Shown: one piece after another, positions 52,441 to 64,000 of the stretch
How positions within the stretch are numbered: the first letter of the stretch is position 1
Layout: each line of letters starts with the position of its first letter
Source: Lama glama
Lineage: Eukaryota
Assembly: GCA_028534125.1 (NCBI GenBank)
Contig: CM052816.1
Location: 22,694,001-22,758,000, forward strand
Length of the DNA stretch: 64,000 bases
Direction of reading: 5' to 3'
Notes under the pieces: model-generated
What the model saw: only the letters and a program-made list of their open reading frames with translations
Database searches by the model: none
Told to the model about the DNA's origin: nothing
Translations under genes and position numbers: made by a program

Positions 52441-55085
52441 TACTTATGAATGTTATAGGTATGGGGACTTAATTTCATTTTTTAAAATGTATTTATCTAT
52501 ATTTCCATGTGCCTGTAGCATAACTGGTAGCATCTGCCCCAGCTGAGTCTGCATTGCTGTTAAAAGTAGCATACTTTATTGTTGTTGAATTTTACATTTA
52601 ATTAAGTCCTACCTATCACTCGTTACATTCTCATGCCACATTCTACTTCCATGTGATTCTCTACTACTAAATTCACCATGTTTTTGTAGCATTCCTACTT
52701 TTTGGGGGTAAGCCTACTATGCTCACATTCTGGGACAAGCTGGAAAACAGTCCTTTGGGGATTATATTCCCTGGGCATGTCTGGAAAGCATGTGGGTTGG
52801 ACAGTTTCTTAATTGATGTTATTTTAGATCTGTATCTGAACACTTCGCAAGATAGTTTGTTGAGATTGTAGCTGAGTTTTCTGAAAAGAGTAAAATTTAG
52901 TACTTAAACCTGTCAGTAAACAACTAAACTGTTCTAAAAATACACAGTAAGTATCTATTACTTTAAAAACATCTTTTCACAGTGGAATAAACATTGAGTT
53001 TATTCTCTTTCCCTGGCAGGTCATAAAGGTTATCAATGAGTTGGGTGACTACACTGAATTCATCCCAAGCCATTATGTCATGTGGATCGTGGGTGTGCTG
53101 TTTATTACCAGGAATTGATTAAGTTTTTACAGAAATGACAAAGAATTGGTACACACTAGTCAGGCTTCTTTGTACATTCCATTGTGAAAAGACATCTTTC
53201 TTACAAAATAACTACAGAATTAGACTTGAGATTTTTTTACTAGAGGGGACAAAAACAACATTATTTTTATTGGCTTAGTTAATATTTTAAAAATGCTGAA
53301 AACTATATGCAAGAAAACAGCAACACTGGGATACATTTCAGGAGCTACCCTTTTATCACAAACCACTGCTGGACACAATCAACCAGCTTGAAAACTCAGG
53401 TCTCCACTCTCCTGAATATGTTCTCTGCAGATTTCATTTTGTCAACTTAGCACAAGAGGGAAAAAGTCCTTTTAAGTTTTTTGTTCAGTAAACAACTTTC
53501 TGGTACTCCTTTGTGACACCTCAGCTTTGAATCTTGCACTTTAAAAGAAATGATCTTTCAGTGACAAATAATATATCTCAATTCTATACTCTTTGTCAAT
53601 TAAGACCAAGCAAACCTTTCAAAAACACATCAAAGTTTATATGGTTTCCTAAGGACTGTTTCAAGGCCAATGAGAAGAAAAGACAGTTATGACACCACGG
53701 CACAATGTCCAAAAGCTATGGAGAGCCAGGATTTAATGGCTTCATAAGCAGTCATTATGAGTGGTGGTGTTGGTGAAGAAATTTTACTGAAATAATTAAT
53801 TGGGTACACAGGGCAATTTGTCTTCAATATGGCATCACTCTATCATTCCTCAAGAAAAGATACAGTGAGAGTCACATGTGCAGATAATTTACTAAACCAA
53901 AATAAATAGGTATGATTTCTTTCCAGGAAAATAAGGTAGCTATCTGAGGAAGTAAAATAGGTAAATATCAAACAGTATAGTAAATTGCCAATTTTTTTTT
54001 TTTGCTATTTCTGCTGTTAATGTGGTGTTACTTTAAGGTTTTACATTAGTTTTCAGGGCTGCAGTTGAAATGATGAGCCCAGCTTAAAAAATAAAAATAA
54101 AAATAAAAATAAAATGAAAGAGTAAGCCAAGAATACTTCTGAATCCAGCAGGGTGACAAAAAAGTATTATAAATGATTCCTCTTTTTCTTGTTGCTCCTA
54201 CTGCTGTCTGACTGGAAAAAATAAGCAGGGACCCATCAAAGGCACATGAGTAAATCTTAAATTTGACAAATAACCTGTGAGAAATATTAATTTTTGAATT
54301 TTCACAATAACTAGACCAAATCAGTTTACACCTAGTTTGGCTACTGCACAAAAACCTGGTGAAATTACTCCTAGTCTGAAATCCATGATCCTGAAGATTC
54401 CTGAGTTAAGACGTGACAACAGCCAAAACACTCTGGAAAGATAAAAGAAGAAAAATAGCAGATTCTGAATTCAGATCCTTTCAAAATATATAATCAGAGT
54501 AGCTAATAGGACAATAATACACGTCATGAAGTGCTTGCTGATTACAGTACATAGAATATGTAATGTATACAATGGATTATACCCATAATTTTCAAATGAG
54601 GTATACAGTAATTTCCTTGTTACTTTTTCCACTGGTGACTAGACACTATGTCCAGTAAAATCCATGAGAAAATGTCTCTCAGGATATGCTACAACATTGC
54701 CTCACTGTAACTCACCTAGAATCTATATTCAACTTTCTATCAGGTTTTTAGTATAATAATATTACACTTGCATAATGACTTAAGTTGTAGAAAGTCCTTT
54801 CTCATCAATTACCTCTTAGGATCTATGTATAATCCTATAGAGCATACAACCAAGAGTTCAAAGTAAAACTGACGGAACAGTAAAATTAACACTATTATTT
54901 AGTATTTTTATCTACATCCTGGATTTATGGACTAGAGTGTGTTAGTGACCTAACAATGGAAGGAATGAACTCTACTGGGCAAACAGGATTAAAATTCAAA
55001 AGCTCCATGATGATTCCAAAATAGGTTAGTCATAAATAGAAGAGGTCCCATAAGAAAAAGTGGCTGGGGTGAAATTATAAAGGCG

Positions 55086-55419
55086 GTATCTTGGTCTGTT
55101 CATGCTTCTACAACAAATTCAATATACTGCGTGGCTTAAACAACAAACATGTATTTCTCGCAATTCTGGAGGCTGGGAAGTCCAAGAACAAGGCACCAGC
55201 TGACCTGGTGTCTGGTGAGAGCCAGTTTCTGGCTTGGAGACATCTGTCTTCTCGCTGTGTCCTCACACAGTGTTAAAGGTGAGGGAACTCTCCGAGGGTA
55301 CCAACACCACTCCTTATAACTCTAGCAAGGAGCCCTACCTCACGATACCATCACATTCCGGGGTTAGGATTTCAACATATGAATTTCTTAGTGGGGGCAC
55401 AAACATTCAGTCTAGGACA
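55086..55419 (-). mobile_element. MLT1A-type MaLR solo LTR
   Basis: ttctggaggctgggaagtccaag...ggggttaggatttcaacatatgaattt...cacaaacattcagtc. Confidence 0.9.
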
Positions 55420-55531
55420 GGAAGCAAAGATAGTATTTCCTACAATCTCGTCCTCTTTTATCTTTCAAGGGTACGAGCTCCGGGATCTCTGTCCATTCTT
55501 ATCAATATGTCTGTAAAATTTCTAATAATAA

Positions 55532-55992
55532 TTTGGTGGTTAGAATAATGCCCCCTTCCCAAAGATGTTCCAGTCCCCAGGACCTGTGAACATGTTACCT
55601 CACAGGGCAAAAGGGATTTTGCAAATGTAATTAAGGTTATGAATCTTGAGCTGGGCAGATTACCCTGGATTACGCACAAACCCCAATCTAATCATATGAG
55701 TCCTTAAAAACTAAGAACCTTTCCCAGTTGTGATCAGAGAGATGTGGCACTGCTGGCTTTGAACATGGAGAAGGGGGCCATGAACCAAGGAATGCAGGTC
55801 ATCTATAGACGCTTGAAAAGATAAGAAAATAGATTCCCTCCTTGAGTCTCCAGACAGATCTGCTGTCTTCATGTTAGCCCCATGAGACCTATGCTAGACT
55901 TCTGACCTGCAGAACCATATGATAATAAACTTGTATTGTTTTAAACTGCTAAGTCTGTGGAAATTTGTTATGGTAGCCAAGAAAACTAACAT
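55532..55992 (+). mobile_element. MLT1D-type MaLR solo LTR
   Basis: agaataatgcccc...acctgtgaacatgttacctcacagggcaaaagggattttgca...aataaacttgtattgttttaa...gaaaactaaca. Confidence 0.9.
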
Positions 55993-56399
55993 AAATATGA
56001 AGGGCAAAATAACAAAATCTAACATCAAAAAACATTTGAATTGACTCCATTTTATAATACTATTTGAAACTATTTTGTTATTTATAAAATGTGATTTATA
56101 CTGTTCAGAAAGAAAAAGATTGGCCACACACACAAAAATAAACTTCTCTTACGACAGTTATCAACATTTCAGAGTTTCAGTAAATGGATGAAAACATATT
56201 AATGTAACACTGATAAAGGAACTTTTAATAAAAGGCTATTTGAGTTATGCAAAATTAACATCATGAAGCCATTTTCTCCTCTTCACGAGAGGGAACTAAC
56301 GGCCTCTTAAAATAAAGTCCTATTTCTCTTCCACCTCTGAACTCAAAGATCAGAGAGGAGCTATAAGCAGGTACCAGGATTTTAGGTCTATTACTTGAT

Positions 56400-56535
56400 T
56401 TCTTTATTCATTTATTAATTTGTTCCTTCATTCAACTAACATTTGTTGACACTCTCTCTTGCCAAGCAATGTGCATTAAGGAAGTGTAAGTGAAATATGT
56501 TATTATACCCATCTCTCATGGAGCTCTTAATTTTA
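56400..56535 (-). mobile_element. L2 3' tail
   Basis: cattcaactaacatttgttga...ctctcatggagctc. Confidence 0.65.
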
Positions 56536-56999
56536 CTGAAAGATTTCTTGGGATGAGGAATAACAGGCTGAAATGCCCAGTCTGGGCAAAGCAGTTAGTT
56601 CTAGCTGAAGAATAACAAGGCTGCCTGGAATAATTTTTTTTTAATTTTATTTTTTCTTTTTTTCTGCCTGGAATAATTGACTGCTGAAGTTTCCTTTAGC
56701 TCTGTAAGGGAAAAAGACCTGCTCTGAAGGGCGAAGTGAAAACAACAGAAGGAAATTATGGAGAAACTTTTGGATAGCCAACTCTGAGGGTGAGAAGTGT
56801 AATTTTTCTCTTAGGCAGAATTCACATGAGTACTACAAAGATTATTTATACAAAGATTTTCTGTCCCACTGATATTAATTCTCCCACCTCTGGCACTCAG
56901 AATTGTTTAAATTTATAATTACACATAATATGTAATTACATAAATATGAGAATAGCAATGCCCTCAAAACCTTTGTTATTCCTCCTGTGTATCTGCCCC

Positions 57000-57740
57000 A
57001 TCCCTTCACAATGAAAGCTTTATTTCCCATTCTCCTCATCCTTATTCAAATCTTGTGCTTTCCAGAGATAGTAAGGAAGTTTTGGTTCTACACTATTATT
57101 ATATTGTTCCTTCCATCTACTTCTCAAAATTTCACAAATAATTAACACATGTCCTCAAAAATCCTATTAACTTTATAATCCATTTAGAACTGCAAAAAAA
57201 CTCTAACTCTATTTCACATACTTTGTATCTCTCTCTTCCCATTGTGAGATCTGTGTTTAATTTAATTTTTAATGGTTAGAATGTTTTCTGGAACATTTCT
57301 CAGATAAATAATCTGGCTGGGAGACCTGCTAAATCCTTTCACCCCCTAAATGTTTCTCTTTTATTTGACAAATAAGTGATATCTCAGCTGGATAGAGTTA
57401 ACTTACAACACAATCCTTTGCTCTCTCTTATTTATAGATAATTACCCAGTATCTTAGCTTCCATTGTGGTAGATACAAATTCTTTAGCTTAAATGGGTTT
57501 TTAAAAAAGTGTTTCTGTTTGGATGCTTGTAAAATTTTCCTTTTATTCTGAGGTTCAGAAATTTAGCCAAACTGTATCTACGAGCATGTCTCCCGCTCCT
57601 CCTCTTTGTCTTCCTTTTCCTCCTCCTCCACACTGAACCACTTGGCAAGCAGATAACTTCCTCTTTCTTTAAACTCTCTGCTCTTTGATGCCACCTCTCT
57701 TGGTGTTTGTTTGTTTGTTTTAACTTTTTAAACTTTTTCT
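57000..57740 (-). mobile_element. Old L1/HAL1 ORF1-like remnant
   Basis: ttagcttccattgtggtagat...tctgtttggatgcttgtaaaattttccttttattctgaggttcagaaatt. Confidence 0.55.
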
Positions 57741-58054
57741 TGCTATTTCTTCCCAGCCTGTATTCCCTAGGACTCTCTTTCATTTACGCTTCTCCTTGCA
57801 TACCATCTTCCTGGTTGATTGTGTCTGACTCTTAGGTTTCTTCTACTATCCCTTGGTAGTCAAGGATTCTTAAATGCGTCTCTAGTCCTAACACTTTATA
57901 GGCAACATCTTTCTAGTCTTTTCCACTTTGGGGATTCACTGAACCAAAAATCAACATGTTCAAAACTAACTCTTACTCAGCCTTCAAAATTCAGCTTTAC
58001 CCTACAATGGCTTCTTTGATTTTTCTAAAATTAGCCCCTGTGTATCTTTTCTTT

Positions 58055-59070
58055 CTTTTAATTTTGACCTAACTTTAGCTTTTAAAAACTGTTGCAAAAC
58101 TCATACACAGAATTCCTGTATACTCTTCACCCAGATTTCCCTAGTGTTAGCATTTTATATAACCATATATAACCTTATGCAACCTAGCAACACTAAAAAA
58201 TCAAATTGTTGTAGTGTTTGCTAAAAGGCGATAATTTTTCTAGTCCTTTCACTATTTCTACATTTATTTATTGAAATTACACTGTAAGAAAGAGCTGTCC
58301 CTTCTCATTTATTTACATATTACATTATTTAGATCAGTATGGACTAAGACTGATTTATTTTATTTGATGGAATGTAAGTCATCATTGTCGTTATTTATTT
58401 CGTCTTAAATTGTACCAGATTTAGTCACTGGGCACACCTTCAAATTAGCTTCTATATTCTTTTGACTTACTCCAATCATGTTTCGAAGGTTTCCTTACAT
58501 TCTGGTTGCACAAGATTTCCAATTTTAATTAGTATTTTTCCTTCTCTAGCCCTGGATTCAACCATTATACTACAAAGTCTTGGTATTTCAAAATAGTATT
58601 TACAATGGATATACACAATATCTGTGTGTTAGTTGTGTCTATTGCTACTGGGATGTCTTTGCTTCTAGGCTCTTGCAACAGAAAAAGCCAGCAAAAATAT
58701 CCATCAATCACACATACACACAATATACAAACACACATATTCATCTATACTTACATGTCTATCAACATACTAAAAACCGTAACTTCATAGCAATAGCTCT
58801 GATTGCAATACAGTCACAGGTTTATTTTAGCTTTCCCCTTTTCCTTATTTGTAACTTCTTTCCCTGCTGGTGAGAAACCTGGCTCTCATAATTCACAAAA
58901 TAGTTGCTTGTTTTCTCAATCCTAGAACACACATAAAGTTGACTCAGAGTTGAACTGTTAATCCATAACCCTGTGAGAAATAAATGTACTAAAAAGTAAA
59001 CAATATTTGTGTATAATATGTTCAACCAACTGTACAATTTTGGTCAAAACTGTAGAGTTTTGGTCAAAAT
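58055..59070 (-). mobile_element. L1MC-type 3' UTR
   Basis: aattcctgtatactcttcacccagatttcc; gtaagaaagagctgtcccttctc; gtgagaaacctggctctcat. Confidence 0.8.
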
Positions 59071-59214
59071 GATCTTGCCCACTTGGCTGTTTTTCTTCCG
59101 TAGCGCATTCAATGTGGGTCTTAAATTCCTTTGTAAGAGAGTTAGATTACAGTTACTTACCCTAATTATATTCCTATAGTTATTAGCTTTATTTAACATG
59201 TTTACATAGTGATA

Positions 59215-59400
59215 TCTACCATTTAGTCAGCACTTACTATGTGTCAGATCCATACTAAGCACTACTTTACAAAATAAATAAGAAATCAATGTAAATTTTT
59301 AATTTTTACAAAAAAAAGAGACCTGATATTTTGTGTAACACAAGTAACTAGCAAATTGTTAGCTAGTATATGATTCTGAATTCCTTCTTTACAACTAGGT
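59215..59400 (-). mobile_element. MIR (degenerate)
   Basis: cagcacttactatgtgtcagatccatactaagcact. Confidence 0.55.
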
Positions 59401-60049
59401 TATTTATTGGACTTTTCTACATTTTCCTTTACATGTTAATGGCCCGTGTTCTTTGCCCATATAGTTTTAAAAAATTAAATATCTTTTTCTTTGATTTTCT
59501 TTAAAAAGAGTTATTTAAATGGTAAAGATTATATCTCCTCTGCATTATGATAAAAATAGTTTTATGTATTTTGTTATTTGCGGTTTAAATAAAGTCTCTG
59601 CTGTTTTGGGAGTTATACATATTATTTATTTTTAATGTATTTAAATGTATCAACATTTTCCATTATGGCTTCTTGGATGCTTACCAAGAGGGGACATTCA
59701 AGAGCCAAGAAAGAACAATAAACAGTAACAAATAAGAAAAATAAAATCATGTTGCCCTTTCTCTGTAATTCCCATCTCTAACCCAAAGGAGTTGAATGTA
59801 TCAGTCAGCAGGAGGGGCATGACACTGTGAAACAGGCCTCAGGTTCTCGTCTCTAAGCTGCTCCTAATCAAGGTTCTAGCATGAGCCAGGAAAGAGGGCA
59901 AGATTTTAATAGAACATAAAAGTAAGCAATACTTTGATTTAGGCTTGATTTTTTTGATAACTAAAAATGAACAAAATCCATGGGGTCTGTCTAAAATGTT
60001 CAAATGTAGGAAACAGACATCATAGCAATCATCAGGACAATATGTGTGA

Positions 60050-60621
60050 AGGGGGTCGTGACATTTAATTCCATGTGGCAACTCGACTAGGCCAAGGGAT
60101 GCCCAGATATTTTGGTTACACATGATACTGGTGTGTCTGTGGGGATGTTTCTGAGTGAGATTAACATATGAATTGAGTAGACTGAATAAAGCAGTAAAGC
60201 ACCCACTGTGAGTGGGCCACATTCAATCAGTTGAAGGGATGAATGGAACAAAAAGGCTGAGTAAGGGAGAATTTATTCTCTTTCTGCCTGACTGTCTTTG
60301 AGCTGTGACTCTGCTCTTCTCCTTCCTTTGGCCTCTGACTTGAACTGGAACTTACATCATTGATTCTCTTGCCTCTTAGGCCTTTGGACTCAGACTACAA
60401 CTACATCATCAGCTCCGCTGGTTCTCCAGATTACCAACTGCAGATTCTGGAACTTCTCAGCCTCCATAACTGCATAAGGCAATTCCTAATAATAAAATTC
60501 TTTATACACACACACACACATATATATGTATGTGTGTGTATGTATATATATATACACATACATATATATATATATACACCTCTCAGTGGTTCTACTTCTC
60601 TGAAGAACCTGGAGGAATACA
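60050..60621 (+). mobile_element. MLT2 (ERVL) solo LTR with an internal (CA/TA)n tract
   Basis: atgtggcaactcgactaggccaagggatgcccaga...gagattaacatatgaattgagtagactgaataaagcag...ggttctacttctctgaagaacc...aataca. Confidence 0.92.
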
Positions 60622-60674
60622 AAGTTCTTTCCTATTTGATCTTCATTCAGTCCAGTTGACTTTAAAAAGTTACA

Positions 60675-60890
60675 CTAATGTTTATTAAATACTTACAATA
60701 CAATGTGCTAAGTATTGTGCATATTTTTTCATGTTAATTCTCATATTTATCTTTGATAGTAGGTATTATTATGCCAATTTTACAGAAGGGGAAACCAAGT
60801 GTAAGAGAAGTCAATAATTTCCCTAAGATAACCACACTAATTAGTGCTAAGTTTCAGGATTCAAATCTCTGACACCAAAATCTGCAGTCT
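60675..60890 (-). mobile_element. MIR
   Basis: aggtattattatgccaattttacagaaggggaaaccaag. Confidence 0.8.
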
Positions 60891-61639
60891 TGATTTGTTT
60901 TCAAGTAGCAGTAATCTTAAACAGACACGTCTGTCGTTTCAGAAACTGCTTTGTAACATGGAGATAACAACCCTACATAATTTTTCTTACACCACAAGCA
61001 TTCATTTAGATTTTATTTATAATCCTGAATTTCATTGTAATGTTTAAACAGACACTACCAAAGATTAAAACTGTCCTGAGTGCTAAAAATCTGGTACATT
61101 CAGAATCAAAGTAGTTGATTTTGGTTAACCACACTTGGCATTTTTTTCGTGGATAAAATAACTTATAACTTGAGAAACTGCATACACTCAGTATTCATGA
61201 AATGCAAAAGAGGCATTCCACTTGTTCCTTACAATGTGTATTAAGAAGATAACAGAACTAATAAATTGTTATGCCCTTTAACATTATGTACATCCCTGAG
61301 TTACAATTCTAAGTATATTTTACCTTGGCAGCTGGCCAGCCAACTGCTGCTTTGTATTCCCAGTCAATATTAGCTCAATGTAAAGTAAATGGCATATTCT
61401 ATTTTAGAAATGTGAAATGATAAAATAGCATCATAGGAAATGCATAAAAATTTCCATTTTAATAAGGTAAATCATCCATAAAGTGCTGAAGAGGAGAAAG
61501 ATGAACTATTTATGACTTAAAGATATTTTCGACTTAAATGGATATGACATGTTGTAGAAATTAACCTCCTCCATCACAGTTTTATCCTGCTTTTAGGAAA
61601 ACTTGATTTAAGCCAGAAATAAAACATGCATGCCCACAC

Positions 61640-61972
61640 ACATATATCAGATAATCTGCTTTCCCCGACCCCCTCCACACTTCTGCATGGCTTGCCTTAT
61701 GATCTAAGTCTCAGCTTCAAGGTCACATTCTCAGTGGTATTTTCTCTAACCCATTCAATTCAAAATTCTCCCTCCCCAGTCTCTCCCAGCACTCCTTTTC
61801 CACCTACCATCCTTTATTTTTCCTCCTTAACACTTACCATCGTCTGGCATTTTATTTATTGTCTGTCCCTCCCCACCAAGAATGTAAACTTTCACGAAAG
61901 CAGGAAACAGCCATTTTGTTCACCTGTCCTAGAACACTGCCTGATGCATAATAGGTACTCAATGCAATGTTG
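61640..61972 (+). mobile_element. L2 3' end
   Basis: agaatgtaaactttcacgaaagcagg...cctagaacactgcctgatgcataataggtactcaat. Confidence 0.85.
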
Positions 61973-62496
61973 TCTTCTCATATAGTCTAAATTACCTTTT
62001 AAAATTAAACTTCTTTTATAAATTTTCGCTGACACGGAATTTATTTGGCACTTTATATGAAGGATAGTTATTACTTTGCTATCAATTTCCATCCAAATTT
62101 ATTGTTGTAAAACAATGAAATCAACAATACTGCCTCCTTGAAATTATTTTTCACTCTATTTATGTCCTAATATTTAGCCAATCTTTATCAATGTTACATA
62201 TGGCCTTGAAAAAAAATCTTTATTTTCCAATTATTCAGTAAATGGTCTATATACTCATTTAGGAAGTCTCTTTCAAATCTATATATTTATAGATTATTTT
62301 GTTTTCTTCATCTATCATTTACTAAGAGAAACATATGTGTTTAAAATTTCCCAGAAAATATCAAATGTTGGACTTACCCATTTCCCTTTGTATTTGTATT
62401 GCTTTGTTTATCGGTCTTGATGAATTTAACATTATCATATCTTCTCTTGAATTAAACCCTTTAAAAATGTATGAAATTAAACCCTTTAAAAATTTA

Positions 62497-62650
62497 GGGA
62501 AATATACACAAAATGTTATGATAAATCACAGAGAAAAAAATGTGACAATGAGTGTGTATATGTCCATGAATGACTGAAAAATTGTGCTGAACACTGGAAT
62601 TTGACACAACATTGTAAAATGATTATAAATCAATAAAAAAGTTAAAAAAA
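62497..62650 (+). mobile_element. Young, short L1 3' end (camelid-like), inside an old minus-strand L1 remnant
   Basis: gggaaatatacacaaaatg...gaatttgacacaacattgtaaaatgattataaatcaataaaaaa; TSD aaaaattta at 62488-62496 and 62646-62654. Confidence 0.85.
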
Positions 62651-62949
62651 TTTATGATAATCTTTAATTTCCAGTCATATTTTTCTGCCTTAAAAAAGTT
62701 TTCCTTATGTTAACATAACTAGATCAGTTTCACTTTTGTTTATATTTGTCTGGTGTTTTTTCCCTATTTTAGCTTTTTATCTTCCTTTGTTCTATAGGAA
62801 CAACATATGAAACTTAGATTTGCAAACCTGAATCTTCTTTATTGGCCAGAAAGAATTAACATGGCTGCCAGATCCTTAGATGATATAATTTAAACCTAGA
62901 TGAAAAGAGTGACCTAATATGATGCCACAATACATTTACAATTTTTTTT

Positions 62950-63210
62950 TATTAAATACTGTCTGTGCCATAGTGAATGCCATACTTTATGACAGGCATA
63001 GAGGAATAAATACTGACTGAAATAAATGTATCCGATTCTTACAACAACTCTGTGAGATAGTGAAAGTATTATCTCTATATTACAAGTAATGAAATACAGG
63101 CTTAGGTAGTTTTTAACGATTTTTCAAGCTTACTCAGGTGGAAGAAGAAGAAGTAGAACTGGTATCTTTGGAGTCCCAATCTAGATTTCTCTTACTCTAT
63201 GACAGTGCCT
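62950..63210 (-). mobile_element. MIR
   Basis: ttcttacaacaactctgtgagatag...attacaagtaatgaaatacaggcttag. Confidence 0.75.
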
Positions 63211-64000
63211 CTCTCTAGCACTGATATTTGTCAAACAAGTAAACATGGGATGTGGAGATGGTTCCAGATACATATAGGGGATATTAAGCTGCTAGACGTC
63301 TGCTACCGAGCACAGGTTCATTGATGGAGTCACTAGGACTAAAACCATAAGCAAACTCCTTTGCACAGGAGCATAATGGAAATAATTAAACTAAAATAAT
63401 CATGCTCGTAAAGTCAAGAAGGAAAAAATAACAACAAAGAAAAAATGCATTAGCTTTGCTAAGTCTCTGAATTTTTCTTTTGCATGTAATTAGTTTTTAT
63501 GTCATCTTCCACCAGTGCGGACATATATATCACTTAGTAATCAAATTAAATAGAAGGCCACTCAAAAGTCATAGCTTTCATAATAAAATCACTGTCTCTG
63601 TATTTAAGAGTGCATGTCCACTCTTTTCATTTCATAAACTATAGGTGTTTAAATAGTATCTTTTCCCAGTGAATAGAAACATTTCTATGAATCAAGCTTA
63701 TCTTATGCAGCAAGGCTATGCAGAAATAGACTTGCAGAGCTGGGTATTTAAAGCAATCAATTGCATGTCTAGTTAAGAAATATGCCATAATCATTAAACA
63801 CATGAATGGTAACAAGCCATTTCCTTAATGAATCCCTATTAAGGTATATTAAAACCAGTTTTACAAATAGTCTTAAAAAATCATTTGGACTAACAAAATT
63901 TATCTAGCCTGCCAGATTAGCACAGTGTTCAATTATGTTCCAGCTTCTTCTGTGTTCTGAGAAACTTACCCTCCCCCTTCAGCTTCCCTTTCCCTATTGC

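Noticed and set aside
59038..59073. Direct repeat ttttggtcaaaa x2
   Set aside because: Short local duplication at the edge of an L1 3' UTR
63481..63767. Three TGCATG (RBFOX) motifs on the plus strand
   Set aside because: No convincing adjacent plus-strand exon; TGCATG also arises by CpG decay and occurs elsewhere in the window
1..64000. CpG island, tRNA/snRNA/rRNA genes, processed pseudogenes, ERV internal genes
   Set aside because: None recognised by eye; weakly diverged copies could have been missed without a search

Overview
This is AT-rich, CpG-depleted mammalian nuclear DNA that looks intronic or intergenic. A young L1 3' end at 62497-62650 and the absence of Alu, Bov-tA, PRE-1 or Can-SINE-type elements suggest a camelid, but this rests on recalled sequence and was not searched. 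Roughly half of the window is interspersed repeat: old L1M fragments, younger L1 3' ends with target-site duplications (TSDs), L2, MIR, MLT1/MLT2 LTRs, MER5 and MER20. I recognise no protein-coding gene, RNA gene, CpG island or CRISPR array. The supplied ORFs are almost all L1 remnants, antisense repeat frames or microsatellites. I found no convincing new biological system. The best leads are: (1) two separate L1s that keep both termini but fuse early ORF1 to the 3' end; (2) a near-perfect 3 x 101-bp tandem repeat in which each unit carries TACGTG; (3) a 255-nt open-frame exon candidate at 41245-41499 on the minus strand, plus other splice-site-bounded segments; (4) an RFX X-box inserted into a MER20; (5) a TSD-flanked poly(A)-only insertion. 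Repeat boundaries and subfamily names were assigned by eye and are approximate.
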